Assembly (NCBI GenBank): GCA_947496065.1
Contig: CANMBF010000001.1
Span: 70,018-134,017, forward strand
Direction of reading: 5' to 3'
Source: Bacteroidota bacterium
Lineage (GTDB): Bacteria > Bacteroidota > Bacteroidia > NS11-12g > UBA955
Length of the DNA stretch: 64,000 bases
Part shown: piece after piece, positions 10,301 to 19,821 of the stretch
How positions within the stretch are numbered: position 1 is the first letter of the stretch
Layout of the letters: every line of letters starts with the position of its first letter
Translations under genes and position numbers: made by a program
The notes under the pieces: generated by a model
Seen by the model: only the letters and a program-made list of their open reading frames with translations
What the model was told of the DNA's origin: nothing
Database searches by the model: none

Positions 10301-10726
10301 AGTGAGCAATTTGCTAAGATAGCAGCCCAACAAGAGGCATTGAGAAGAGAGATTGATCGACTTGAGAAAATGTTAAAGGAAGAAGGTAAAGCGGGTAGTT
10401 TGGGTGATTTAGATAAGACCAAGGAATTAATGGAAAAACAAGAACGCGACTTAGTTAATAAGCAAATTACACCTGAAACCATGAACCGTGCACAAGAAAT
10501 CGAAACCCGCATGTTAGAGCATGAAAAGTCAGAGAGGGAACAAGATCAAGATAATCAAAGAGAGGCCGAACAAGCAAAAAATACAAGCCCATCAATTCCC
10601 CCAACTATAAAATTATACCTCGAACAAAAGGCGAAGGAGATGGAATTATTGAGAAGTTTACCAGCTGAATTATCGCCCTACTACAAAGACAGGGTAAGGG
10701 CCTATTTTAAAAAAGTGGGCAGTTAG
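7382..10726 (+). CDS. Large membrane-anchored protein with ~500-aa K/E/Q-rich coiled-coil region (DUF4175-like)
   Basis: 1114 aa. N-terminal TM helices and a beta-rich middle domain are followed by a long heptad-like K/E/Q/D low-complexity coil with a KPKPGAGKPSNGKPK linker. Antisense ORFs inside it are codon-repeat artefacts. Confidence 0.6.
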   Translation: MSVQFELLKQKLDEFIRKFYLNRLLQGFLLTLGGLVGVFLLAAIIEYFGHLGTFSRAFLLYGYILFAIVILVKYVTIPLLKWFLIGKTISYEKASVLIGAHFPEIKDKLLNTLQLQQQASVSDNELLLASIEQRTKNLNPFSFSAAIDIRSSFKKYSGYAFIPIVLLGIILIFQSSMITKSTERILSYNKQFAREAPFQFELQNNNLNVLRNSDITITIKTVGKNLPAQVFINLDNHLIKMESSGKNEFSYQMQNLTIGHQFYFTDGDYTSNSYELSVLPNPILMNFKINLTYPIYTGKPKEILHNTGDLTLPKGTNVEWEFNTKDAEILQFSLNQTNLQPIKLGNIFKVSQTIKANANYFLQLSNQFIASKDTLKYNIQMIEDRFPGIVAEQKQDSINPFIYYFYGKADDDYGLSKLQFVYKNASTNNINKIFPVIIGKSTDEIFYYMVDLSKLIENDGDILEYYFEVWDNDGVNGKKSSKSPVFKTISPSKEQLKADAESSSNSIKQKMKEAMQESISLQKRTQDLNKDLMENNTLDWRQQEKIKDFIKDQKKLENKIDQLKNEQKAKNEKENQLNPKEEDLLKKQKELDKLFNELLTPEMKEMLKKLEDLLKQQNKDGIQQQMEKMKLNNEDMQKQLDRTLEQFKALELEKKMDDQIKALNDLAEKQADLAEKTKDKSESQEALKKQQEEINKQFDDLKKEQENIEKKNDELESPMTLDDMQQEESEVDKNMDESQQNLDKKQNKKASENQKKAADKMKEMASKMEKNKQQQEEEKAAEDYFTLRQILENLIELSYQQEGLMGQMKETKSYNPKFVELSAKQRKLKGDAKMVEDSLLALSKRQIQIKSFVNKEISGINNNMEKAITSFSKIEIMSGLVQQQYVMTGLNNLSVMLSESLKKMQEQMNENKDKKQGEGQCNNPGGKKPKPGAGKPSNGKPKMGGDGLKKMQEGIAKQLQDMKNGKEQGKNPTSEQFAKIAAQQEALRREIDRLEKMLKEEGKAGSLGDLDKTKELMEKQERDLVNKQITPETMNRAQEIETRMLEHEKSEREQDQDNQREAEQAKNTSPSIPPTIKLYLEQKAKEMELLRSLPAELSPYYKDRVRAYFKKVGS

Positions 10727-10730
10727 TAAG

Positions 10731-11390
10731 ATGAATATTTTATGTATTGAAACATCTGCTGCGTTATGCTCGGTTGCTATAATTAAAGATGATCAACAAT
10801 TTTATTTAGAAAGTGAATTAAGCATGGCCCACTCTGAAGTATTGATGGGGCTTATTACAGAGTGCTTGCTAAGGGCCGATTGTAGAATGGATGATCTTAA
10901 TGCTATTGCACTAAGTGGAGGCCCTGGTTCTTATACTGGTTTAAGAATAGGATGTAGCAGTGTCAAGGGCTTGTGTTTTGGTTTAAGCATACCTCTGATT
11001 GTTATAGATACCTTAAAAATTATTGCAAACGCTGCAAAAAAGAAAACCACGGATTATACGCAATATTGGGCAATGGTTGATGCACGCAGAATGGAAGTAT
11101 ACCATGCTATTTTCGACCAAAATTTAAATCAGATAACTCAAACAGTGAGTGCTATACTTTCGGATGAAGATTTTAAACCAAATAATCTCTCTGCTCAAAT
11201 AATTTTGTGTGGAGATGGCGCACCAAAATCGACTCATATTTTGAATTTGCCTGATGCCAATGTTATTGCAAATGCTGAGAGCATGTGCGATTTGGCAAGA
11301 CAAGCATACTTAAATTCTGAATTTAAGGAATTGGCTTATTTCGAGCCTTTTTATTTAAAACAGGCTAATATTACTGTTTCTAAATCGTGA
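10731..11390 (+). CDS. tsaB: tRNA threonylcarbamoyladenosine biosynthesis protein TsaB (inactive Kae1/YgjD homolog)
   Basis: 219 aa. N-terminal MNILCIETS and the ALSGGPGSYTGLRIG motif. Confidence 0.8.
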   Translation: MNILCIETSAALCSVAIIKDDQQFYLESELSMAHSEVLMGLITECLLRADCRMDDLNAIALSGGPGSYTGLRIGCSSVKGLCFGLSIPLIVIDTLKIIANAAKKKTTDYTQYWAMVDARRMEVYHAIFDQNLNQITQTVSAILSDEDFKPNNLSAQIILCGDGAPKSTHILNLPDANVIANAESMCDLARQAYLNSEFKELAYFEPFYLKQANITVSKS

Positions 11391-12011
11391 TTGTATATTT
11401 GCAGTATGAATTTTATTGAATATGCTTCGCTGAATAAGCATAAAATCATTGATGTAAGAGTGCCAGATATCTTCGAAAGGGGATTCATACCTAAATCGGT
11501 TAATATTGGCTTAAATGGTCCATTTGAGGAGCGATTTCAGCAATTAAACAATGACTTTAATGAATGCCTAGTAATTGTATCTGATAAGAACGAAGAAGCC
11601 AAAGAGAGAATTGAAAAAATAGGCTATACCAACCTATTGTTTTTAAAGGAGGGGTATGAGGGCTATAAACTAGCAGATCTACCAATAGATATGGTTATTA
11701 GTATTTCGCCAGAAGAGTTTGAGTTAGATTTAAATTTTAGAGAAGAATTGGTTGTTGATGTTAGAACACCAGAAAAATACGCAGAGGGGCACGTAGTCGA
11801 TGCTATTAATATTCCTGTACATGAATTGGAAAACAACATTGAGAATTTGGATAAATCAAAGACACTTTATGTATATTGTGGCGGTGGTTATAGCAGCATG
11901 ATAGCAAGCAGTGTTCTGCAAAAAAATGGACACAGATTAGTGAAAAATGTATATGGTGGAATTAAAAAAATCAGTGAAACAAAGGTGCCAATTAAAAAAG
12001 CTAAAGCCTAG
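11391..12011 (+). CDS. Tandem rhodanese-domain sulfurtransferase
   Basis: Two rhodanese-like halves. The active-site loop is YCGGGYSS. The true start is probably the internal MNFIEY methionine at ~11406. Confidence 0.7.
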   Translation: MYICSMNFIEYASLNKHKIIDVRVPDIFERGFIPKSVNIGLNGPFEERFQQLNNDFNECLVIVSDKNEEAKERIEKIGYTNLLFLKEGYEGYKLADLPIDMVISISPEEFELDLNFREELVVDVRTPEKYAEGHVVDAINIPVHELENNIENLDKSKTLYVYCGGGYSSMIASSVLQKNGHRLVKNVYGGIKKISETKVPIKKAKA

Positions 12012-12016
12012 ACCAT

Positions 12017-13543
12017 TTGATTAAAAAGCCGCTAATATCTTTTCTAAAGTTTGCTATTGTGTGGTGTTTATTTAATGCTTTAATAGGAGGATTTAGCCAT
12101 TTTAATGAAAGGCCTATGGGGGTACACCAAGGAGCACAATGTGACAGAGCATCTATAGCGCTTAATTATTATTATAATAATCTTAATTTATTATATCCAG
12201 AGGTGCATGAAAATCGTTGCAAAGATGGCATTGTTTCCTGTGAATTTCCACTTTCGAATTATTTAACAGCAGTATTATATAAATGCTTTAAATATGACGA
12301 AAAATATTTCAGAATCTTAACCTTTATTTTTGTATCCATCGGCATGTATACCTTGTTTTTATTGTTTACCCTTTATATAAAAACAATTCCAGCTTATTTG
12401 CTTCTTTTCATTTTAAATGCCTCACCTATTCTTTTGTTTTATACTTCTAATTTTATTCCCGATGCGAGTGCCTTGGGTTTGAGTTTATCTGCTTGGTACC
12501 TTTTATTCCGATTGTTTATTCCCCACCCCTATTTACCTAACTATAAAAAGGGTGTTTATGTTTTATGTTTTATATTGTCATTAACTTTTGCAATGGCAAG
12601 TAAAACAACTTGTTTTATCCATTGGATGACGATGATGGGTGTTTATATTTTATCTCATTTTAAGACGCTAAAAATTGAATTAGTAAATAAAAAAGTATTG
12701 CTCAGCAGTCTATTATTTGCATTAATACTGCCTATTGTATGGCAGTTATGGGCACGCTATTTAGGAAAAACACATAACAGCGAATTTTTTATACTTCATA
12801 TACCACTCATAACAGATAAAGTGTTTTATCAAAATGCATGGAATGTGTATTTAGGCAATTGGCCACAAGAAACCTTTACAGGTCCTTTACAATATTTAAT
12901 GGGTGGATTGCTATTATTACCTTTCTTAATTAAAAAACATATTAGCAATACTTTGTGGTATATCACTGTATTGAATACCTTAGGTTGTTTTTTATTCATG
13001 GCTATTATGATCAATCAATTCATGTACCATGATTACTATATTCTTTGTTTATTGCCCGCTATCGCTTTAAATTGGTTGGCAATTGGATCGGCAGCGTCTA
13101 AAATTAAAGCCAATTTATGGTGGGTAAAAGTAGGTGTACTGGTTATTTTAATAATAGCAATGAGGTTGCAATTTAATTATGGTAGAATCAATTTAGAGTC
13201 ACGCTATACGGCAGGCACTTATTGGGAACAGTCGCAACAAAAAACAATTGATTATTCATTGTTTAAAAACAAGATTAATGCGCTTGGCATATCGCGAAAG
13301 AATTGCGTATTGGTGGGCTATGATGGGGCGCCTAATAATGTGCTTTATCTCCTTGATTTAAATGGCAGGAGAATTAATGAAGATTTTAATACCGAACAGA
13401 TAAGAGAGGCAGTCAATGAAATTAGTCCACAGTATCTAATAAGCAATGATTCTTTATTTACCAAAACAATGGAACCCTTTTTCAAGGAATTTAAATTAAT
13501 AAGTCAGGAGAAATATTTGAGTCTTTATAAAGTTTCTAACTAA
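12017..13543 (+). CDS. Polytopic membrane protein with C-terminal soluble domain (GT-C/ArnT-PMT-like fold suspected)
   Basis: 508 aa with more than 10 predicted TM segments. An acidic residue and aromatic cluster lie in the first external loop. The C-terminal domain resembles those of the 25672, 45827/47182 and 59128 products. Confidence 0.5.
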   Translation: MIKKPLISFLKFAIVWCLFNALIGGFSHFNERPMGVHQGAQCDRASIALNYYYNNLNLLYPEVHENRCKDGIVSCEFPLSNYLTAVLYKCFKYDEKYFRILTFIFVSIGMYTLFLLFTLYIKTIPAYLLLFILNASPILLFYTSNFIPDASALGLSLSAWYLLFRLFIPHPYLPNYKKGVYVLCFILSLTFAMASKTTCFIHWMTMMGVYILSHFKTLKIELVNKKVLLSSLLFALILPIVWQLWARYLGKTHNSEFFILHIPLITDKVFYQNAWNVYLGNWPQETFTGPLQYLMGGLLLLPFLIKKHISNTLWYITVLNTLGCFLFMAIMINQFMYHDYYILCLLPAIALNWLAIGSAASKIKANLWWVKVGVLVILIIAMRLQFNYGRINLESRYTAGTYWEQSQQKTIDYSLFKNKINALGISRKNCVLVGYDGAPNNVLYLLDLNGRRINEDFNTEQIREAVNEISPQYLISNDSLFTKTMEPFFKEFKLISQEKYLSLYKVSN

Positions 13544-14073
13544 ATAAATTTGGGGTCAGTTTCCATTACATGGCCACAGCTTTTGCAGGTGCGCAAATCT
13601 TCAGAGCCATAAAATTCCCTAAATCTAGAAAGAAAATCTTTTTCTATATCTTGTAATTCAAAATAAGAAGAATGCAAGGGATGGTTACATTTATCACAAA
13701 ACCATAATAGACCATCTTTATAGCCTTTTCCCGCTCTCACGCATTCAATTACCAATCCTAACGAACCAGCCTGACGTACTGGAGAATGTGGCACTTTTGC
13801 AGGTAGCATGAACATATCACCTGCCTTTAAAGGGGTATCTACAGCCTTTCCATCAATTTGCAAACGCACATTAATTTCACCTTCTAATTGATAAAAAAAC
13901 TCTTCGGTTTCATTATAGTGATAATCTTTTCGGGCGTTGGGTCCTCCAACTATCATTACAATAAAGTCGCCAGCATCTACTGTCAAGTTTTTATTACTAA
14001 TGGGCGGCTTGAGTAAATGCCTGTTTTCTTCAATCCATTTGTTAAGATTAAAAGGAGGATTAATTTTACGCAT
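13540..14073 (-). CDS. 3-hydroxyanthranilate 3,4-dioxygenase (kynurenine pathway to quinolinate)
   Basis: 177 aa cupin. It has the conserved His/Glu iron ligands and a C-terminal CxxC...CxxC rubredoxin-like site (CDKC...CKSCGH), as in bacterial HAAO. Confidence 0.8.
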   Translation of the reverse strand: MRKINPPFNLNKWIEENRHLLKPPISNKNLTVDAGDFIVMIVGGPNARKDYHYNETEEFFYQLEGEINVRLQIDGKAVDTPLKAGDMFMLPAKVPHSPVRQAGSLGLVIECVRAGKGYKDGLLWFCDKCNHPLHSSYFELQDIEKDFLSRFREFYGSEDLRTCKSCGHVMETDPKFI

Positions 14074-14114
14074 GCTTCAAACTTAATTAATTTTTTTTAA
14101 TTCGAAAGTATATT

Positions 14115-15632
14115 TTATGGCAATAATCGGCCATACATTCTTGGAAATGGAATACTTTCTCTAACATGTTTTAATTTGCACAACCATGTTACCAAACGTT
14201 CTAAACCTAAGCCAAATCCTGCATGTGGCACACTGCCATATTTTCTCAAATCTAAATACCATTCAAAATCAGCCATTGGCAAATCGTGTTCTACAATCTT
14301 GTCTCTTAGTAATTGCTCGTTTGTTTCACGTTCGCCACCACCTATTATTTCGCCATATCCTTCAGGGGCTAAAACATCCACACCTCTTGCAAATCGGGAG
14401 TTTTCAGGATTGCGTTTTAAGTAAAATGCTTTGACTTCATGTGGCCAATCATACACCATTACTGGTACATCGAATAGGCGGGTAATAACGGTTTCATCGC
14501 TTCCCCCTAAATCGTTGCCATATCTAAAATTTTTAGCACTTTCTATCCAATGTGGAATGTTGCGTTGAGATTCTTCTAAGTCTTTTAAATCATTTTTAAG
14601 ATTCGCAATTTTGGTTTGATTAAAGTTAATCTCACCTTTTTTCATGCCAGGAACCGCAATTTTTGCTTCTCTATCTGCAATTTCAGCAATTGTAGCTGCA
14701 ATTTTTGCTTCCACTTCTGCCAATTCATTTTCTAAACTTTTAATACTATTTTGACCATTAACATCTTTTTCGCCTTTAATAATAGCGACGGCTTCATCAT
14801 AAGTTAATCGTGGAAATTTATTCAAACTACTTTCAAGCACATTGGTATCTCTATCAATTAGTTTTAATTCTGCTTGGCATTTTTCCAACACCTCTTTGAT
14901 AATATATTGTAAGAAGCTTTCAATCAAATCCATATTTTGATGGATGTCATAAAAGGCCATTTCTGGTTCAATCATCCAAAATTCCGATAGGTGTCTGCGT
15001 GTTTTACTTTTCTCAGCTCTAAAGGTTGGTCCGAAAGTATAAATTTTACCAAAAGCCATAGCCATTGCTTCGCCATAGAGTTGACCACTTTGGCTCAAAT
15101 AGGCAGGGTCGCCATAAAAATCAGTTTCGAATAAGTTTGAGGTTCCCTCACAGGCATTTCCTGTAAATATTGGTGCATCCATTTGTACGAAACCCTCTTT
15201 TTGAAAGAAATTATGGATACTGTATATGATGGTATTCCTAATCCTAAGAATGGCCCATTGTCTTTGACTGCGTAACCATAAGTGACGTTGATCCATCAAA
15301 AATTCTATGCCATGTTCTTTTTTTGCGATTGGAAATTCTTCTGCAATGTGTATGGTTTTAATGCCATTAACTTGTATTTCAAAACCACCAATTTGACGCT
15401 CATCTTTAACAACTATGCCTGTAATTTCGGCAGCACTTTCGAGCGTTAGTTTACCAGCTTGGTCGAATTCAACTTCGGGTATTTTGTTTTCATCTGCTAC
15501 ACATTGACATAGACCGCTGCCATCTCGAAGATTAATAAATACTAGACCTTTACTATCTCTGCGATTCGCTACCCACCCTTTAAGCGTTACTTCTTTTCCT
15601 TCAAATTCCGACAGTTGCTTTATGTAAACCAT
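14115..15632 (-). CDS. asnS: Asparagine--tRNA ligase, with ~40-aa coiled-coil insertion
   Basis: Class II motif 2 FRAEKSKTRRHLSEFWMIEPEMAF matches the AsnRS signature. The N-terminal OB-fold anticodon-binding domain is present. It is 505 aa, against ~465 aa for a typical AsnRS. Confidence 0.85.
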   Translation of the reverse strand: MVYIKQLSEFEGKEVTLKGWVANRRDSKGLVFINLRDGSGLCQCVADENKIPEVEFDQAGKLTLESAAEITGIVVKDERQIGGFEIQVNGIKTIHIAEEFPIAKKEHGIEFLMDQRHLWLRSQRQWAILRIRNTIIYSIHNFFQKEGFVQMDAPIFTGNACEGTSNLFETDFYGDPAYLSQSGQLYGEAMAMAFGKIYTFGPTFRAEKSKTRRHLSEFWMIEPEMAFYDIHQNMDLIESFLQYIIKEVLEKCQAELKLIDRDTNVLESSLNKFPRLTYDEAVAIIKGEKDVNGQNSIKSLENELAEVEAKIAATIAEIADREAKIAVPGMKKGEINFNQTKIANLKNDLKDLEESQRNIPHWIESAKNFRYGNDLGGSDETVITRLFDVPVMVYDWPHEVKAFYLKRNPENSRFARGVDVLAPEGYGEIIGGGERETNEQLLRDKIVEHDLPMADFEWYLDLRKYGSVPHAGFGLGLERLVTWLCKLKHVRESIPFPRMYGRLLP

Positions 15633-15725
15633 TATTACTTTATTAAAATTGATTGTAATTTAAACCGCAAAATTAGTTTACTTTGCACATATAATTCTGA
15701 AAAACGGACTAAAATTTCTATTTTT

Positions 15726-17213
15726 ATGTTAAAACAAACACTTAGTCAAAAACTATTGCAGAAACTGTCGCCTCAGCAAATACAGTTTATAAAACTATTG
15801 CAGATGACTACAGCAGATTTTGAGGAACGTGTTGACCAAGAATTATTAGACAATCCTGCGCTTGAAAAAGGGGAAGATGAAAATGAAAGTCCTTTGCCCA
15901 TTACCAGTGATTCTAAGCGCGATGAATTTAGTAATGAAGATTCCTTAAATGATGATTTTAATAGCACTGATTCATACGAAAGTGATGAATTTAGTGTAAC
16001 TGAATTTTTAACTGGCGACGACCAAGGGGCAAGTTTTCGAATGACTGATGATTATGGGGATGAGGAACAAAAAGAAATTCCAATTGCCTATCAACAAAGT
16101 TTCTATGATTTTTTGGTAGAACAAACCCAATCAAATTTTGAAGAAGGAGCTGATTTGCAGATAGCCTTGCACATTGTTGGTAATATCGAAGAGGATGGCT
16201 ATTTAAGAAGGGAATTGGTGGCCATTGTGAATGATTTAGCTTTTACAGAGAATATCAGTACTACCGAAGATCAATTACAGAGAATTTTAACAAAAATACA
16301 AAATTTTGACCCGCCAGGAATAGGGGCTCGCGATTTACAAGAATGCTTGTTATTGCAACTTTACAAAAAGGATTATGGCGGCAATAGAGCTTTAGATTTA
16401 GCTGAAAAAATAATTGCCGAGCACATGGAGGCTTTTGTTAAAAAACATTATGACAAGATTAAGCATGCGCTCAAAATAGATGATGATGAACTTAAACTAG
16501 CTTTAGTGGAGATTACAAAATTAAACCCTAAACCAGGTCAATCACAATCGAATAGCAAATCACAATATATTATACCCGATTTTACTGTAATAAATGATGA
16601 AGGGCAATTGAATGTTATTTTGAACTCTAGGAATGCACCAGAGTTAAAATTAAGTCATTCTTATAGTGAGACCCTTCAAGCCTATGAAAAGGATGCTGGA
16701 AAGGATAAAAATTTAAAAGATACTGTTCAATACATCAAACAAAAGCTAGATGGTGCCAAATGGTTTATTGATAGTGTTAAACAGCGTCAACAAACTTTGC
16801 AAATGACCATGCGTGCAATTGTTGCAGCGCAAAAAGAATTCTTTTTAGATGGCGATGAAACCTCATTGCGCCCAATGATTTTGAAAGATATTGCTGATAA
16901 AATTGGCATGGATATTTCGACCATTTCGAGGGTAGCCAATAGCAAATATGTGCAAACTGATTTCGGCATTTACCCTTTAAAATATTTCTTTAGCGAAGGT
17001 ATTACCAACGATAGTGGTGAGGAAGTAAGTAACAAGGAGGTTAAGAAAATTTTGAGTGATGCCATTGGCAATGAGAGTAAGAAAAAACCACTGACAGATG
17101 AAGCTTTAATGGAGTTATTAAAAGAAAAAGGTTACCTCATAGCGCGAAGAACAGTGGCCAAATACAGAGAGCAATTGAATATTCCGGTGGCCCGTTTGCG
17201 CAAAGAATTATAA
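15726..17213 (+). CDS. rpoN: RNA polymerase sigma-54 factor
   Basis: Region I MLKQTLSQKLLQKLSPQQIQFIKLLQ and a C-terminal RpoN box (ARRTVAKYRE). The ORF-track start at 15615 overlaps asnS, so the conserved methionine at 15726 is the preferred start. Confidence 0.85.
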   Translation: MLKQTLSQKLLQKLSPQQIQFIKLLQMTTADFEERVDQELLDNPALEKGEDENESPLPITSDSKRDEFSNEDSLNDDFNSTDSYESDEFSVTEFLTGDDQGASFRMTDDYGDEEQKEIPIAYQQSFYDFLVEQTQSNFEEGADLQIALHIVGNIEEDGYLRRELVAIVNDLAFTENISTTEDQLQRILTKIQNFDPPGIGARDLQECLLLQLYKKDYGGNRALDLAEKIIAEHMEAFVKKHYDKIKHALKIDDDELKLALVEITKLNPKPGQSQSNSKSQYIIPDFTVINDEGQLNVILNSRNAPELKLSHSYSETLQAYEKDAGKDKNLKDTVQYIKQKLDGAKWFIDSVKQRQQTLQMTMRAIVAAQKEFFLDGDETSLRPMILKDIADKIGMDISTISRVANSKYVQTDFGIYPLKYFFSEGITNDSGEEVSNKEVKKILSDAIGNESKKKPLTDEALMELLKEKGYLIARRTVAKYREQLNIPVARLRKEL

Positions 17214-17873
17214 AACTTCTTTTATAAATTCATTGAACGCTTTAGCGTGTTTGTATTTTTCGGCAATGTATTTTAACACATCCTTCTCAACAATAATTTC
17301 CGGTTCAGCAGTGTGTTGCAAGTAAAATTGTTTATTGAAAATAAGGGGCTGTTGGGTTGCTACTAGTTTCAAATCAGGTGGTAATAATTTAGCTTTTTCG
17401 CCTTTTACCTTTCCAAAAGTGGCTTTAAAATGTTTTTCATTAAGAATGGTTTCAAGTCGTTTTCCGTTTTTTGCAATATGCCTTCTTATTCGGTCGATTT
17501 GTTCCTTGTCGGGCATGTAGACGCCTGTGTATACACCCAAATGTTCAGGTCCTAATTCAAAGTAAACACCTATGTTGACCATGTCTTTTTTTCCGCCTTT
17601 ACTAATGGCTGCACTCATTTGTAATTTGTAAGGCGACTTATCCTTACTAAAGCGAATGTCTTTGTTGATTCGAAAAATAAAATCGGAAGGTCGTCCATCC
17701 ATTACATCCTCGGTTTTCTTAAGTTCTTTGATTAGTTTTTCTACAAAATTTTCGAAAGGCTCTTTTACCGATTTTTTATAACGGTCGCGGTTATTGTCGA
17801 ACCAGTCTTTGTTATTATTTGGCGCTAACTCCATAAAAAAATGAAGAAAATCGGGCGTAAAGTAAAAAGCCAT
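17208..17873 (-). CDS. DUF2461 (TIGR02453) family protein
   Basis: MAFYFTPDFLHFFMELAPNNNKDWFDNNRDRYK is the conserved N-terminus of this family. The internal methionine is used as the start. Confidence 0.65.
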   Translation of the reverse strand: MAFYFTPDFLHFFMELAPNNNKDWFDNNRDRYKKSVKEPFENFVEKLIKELKKTEDVMDGRPSDFIFRINKDIRFSKDKSPYKLQMSAAISKGGKKDMVNIGVYFELGPEHLGVYTGVYMPDKEQIDRIRRHIAKNGKRLETILNEKHFKATFGKVKGEKAKLLPPDLKLVATQQPLIFNKQFYLQHTAEPEIIVEKDVLKYIAEKYKHAKAFNEFIKEVL

Positions 17874-17988
17874 TATGTTAAAAATTATTGGTATTAGGTT
17901 TGTAAATACACTACAATTATACAATAAAATAGGATAGAAGTGGTATGCTTAAAATGCCTTATTTTTGTTATAAAGTTATCAATTAAAA

Positions 17989-18678
17989 ATGAGGAGATTC
18001 CCTTTAAAAAAGTTTATTTTATTAGCTATTTTGTTTTTAACAATTGAATTTTTAAATGCACAAACAACAAAAGCAAAACTAACCTTATCCTTTAAGTTCA
18101 ATAAAGAATTTGTCGATTTATGGGACAGTGTTTTTGTGACCGGAAAAGATACCAATTGCAGATTGGCTTGTCCGTTGTTTGGTAATAAACTAAGCTTGTT
18201 TTTAAAGCCGGGTAACTACAATGTTACACTCCATTCTAAATCGATGGAAGAAGTAAAGAAATCATTGGTTTTGAAAAAGGATGTTAACTTACCCTTCACT
18301 GTTGAAAATTATTATAAGTCATACAAGGATACTGCCTCCATAAGTCGATTAATGACAACAGGTGATACCAGTTTTATTATCTATACCTCGGGCATGAACT
18401 GGGCGCCCGGCGAGGATTACTTGATGGTGGTGCGCGATGAAACTAAATTTCATGTAATTACCAAGAACCAGCTGAACCAATGGATTTCGATTCCTGTGTT
18501 TGATTACGAACTAAGTGAATTTATTCAGCTAGGTAAATATAAACCAATCAAAAAAGGGGAAGCTATTGAAAGCTTAGGGATGTATTATTGGACCTTAGGA
18601 AATACTGTTTTAAAGCGGCCTTGTGGCACTTGTTTGTACGGCTTTTTATACAGAAAGCGCTTGGTAAGACAAAGGTAA
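17989..18678 (+). CDS. Hypothetical secreted protein
   Basis: Signal peptide; no recognisable family. Confidence 0.5.
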   Translation: MRRFPLKKFILLAILFLTIEFLNAQTTKAKLTLSFKFNKEFVDLWDSVFVTGKDTNCRLACPLFGNKLSLFLKPGNYNVTLHSKSMEEVKKSLVLKKDVNLPFTVENYYKSYKDTASISRLMTTGDTSFIIYTSGMNWAPGEDYLMVVRDETKFHVITKNQLNQWISIPVFDYELSEFIQLGKYKPIKKGEAIESLGMYYWTLGNTVLKRPCGTCLYGFLYRKRLVRQR

Positions 18679-18688
18679 TTTTAAGCTA

Positions 18689-19141
18689 TTATATTCTTCT
18701 ATTTCTAAAAAAACTTTGCATCATCTTGCGGCATTCTTCTTCTAGCACACCAGATTTTAATTCAGTTTTCATGTTAAAATCGTCATTTAAGAAATTAGAA
18801 AAACCTGTTTTTGGTTCTTTGGCTCCGATTACAATTTTGTGAAAACGTGCATGCTTAATAGCTCCAGCACACATCACACAAGGTTCTATGGTAACATATA
18901 GGGTACACTCATCTAGATATTTGCTCCCCAATTCGGCAGCAGCAGCTGTGATAGCTATCATTTCTGCATGAGCTGTTACATCTACTAATTTTTCTGTTTG
19001 GTTGTAGCCTTTACCTATTATTTTGTTATTACAAACCACAATAGCGCCAATTGGCACTTCTTCATCATCAAAAGCACGCTGTGCTTGTTCAAGCGCTTTG
19101 CGCATATAAAATTCATCGACCTTGAACAACTCATCTTCCAT
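18689..19141 (-). CDS. tadA: tRNA-specific adenosine deaminase
   Basis: HAE and PCxMC zinc-binding motifs (HAEMIAI...[10 protein letters not shown]). Confidence 0.85.
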   Translation of the reverse strand: MEDELFKVDEFYMRKALEQAQRAFDDEEVPIGAIVVCNNKIIGKGYNQTEKLVDVTAHAEMIAITAAAAELGSKYLDECTLYVTIEPCVMCAGAIKHARFHKIVIGAKEPKTGFSNFLNDDFNMKTELKSGVLEEECRKMMQSFFRNRRI

Positions 19142-19199
19142 ACTACAAGATTACTAAAATGCAGAATGTAAAGCAAATAGTATTATTTTTGCTGTTGAA

Positions 19200-19619
19200 T
19201 TGAGAAAAATATTAATCATAACAGCTGTCTTATTTTTAATGATGGGCTGCAAGATTTTAGTCTATAAAAAATATGCTGAATCATTAAGTGTCAGTTTTGG
19301 CAGTGGTGGTGGCTTTACTGGTGCAGTTGATGAATTTATTTTGAGTGGTAATGGCCAATTAAAATCTATTAAATCTTTTAGTAAGGATACGATTGTTTTA
19401 AAAAGTTTATCTTCCAAAGAAATAAAAAAGATTTTCAAAATGTTAGAGACAAAGTCTATGGATAACATAAAATTGGAGACACCTGGCAATATGACAAGTT
19501 TTATATACTTTAGTAAAGCTGGAAAAATTACACATAAATACCAATGGCCCGAGGGAAGTTCTGTGCCTAAAGAAATTGCTGAAATATTTAAATTGCTTTG
19601 TCAACTTTCAAACCTATGA
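19200..19619 (+). CDS. Hypothetical lipoprotein
   Basis: Signal peptide with a lipobox-like LMMGC. Confidence 0.5.
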   Translation: MRKILIITAVLFLMMGCKILVYKKYAESLSVSFGSGGGFTGAVDEFILSGNGQLKSIKSFSKDTIVLKSLSSKEIKKIFKMLETKSMDNIKLETPGNMTSFIYFSKAGKITHKYQWPEGSSVPKEIAEIFKLLCQLSNL

Positions 19620-19821
19620 AATTATTTCAAGTTTATTTAGGCTCTTTTTTAAAGTTGTTTTCAAAAACTACCCTAAAAATTATCTTCCTCTTTTCAAAAC
19701 CTTGGCATATTAAGATTGTTAGTTATTTAGGTATTTGTGTTGTCGAACATGTACATTCAACCATTAAGGCAACAATGACAAACAATACAGAGAAAGGTTA
19801 TTTATCTAGATTCACAAAATT

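Noticed and set aside
9355-10512. Antisense ORFs 9355..9585, 10024..10512 and 10071..10301 inside the coiled-coil gene
   Set aside because: They are generated by the repetitive AAG/GAA/CAA codon composition of the K/E/Q-rich region, and no independent coding signal is present.
14176-14434. Two 82-aa plus-strand ORFs inside asnS
   Set aside because: They are antisense to a well-supported aminoacyl-tRNA synthetase gene.
15615-15725. ORF-track start of rpoN at 15615, overlapping asnS by 18 bp
   Set aside because: The conserved sigma-54 region I begins at the methionine at 15726 (MLKQTLSQKLLQKLSPQQIQ). The upstream extension is AT-rich and non-conserved.
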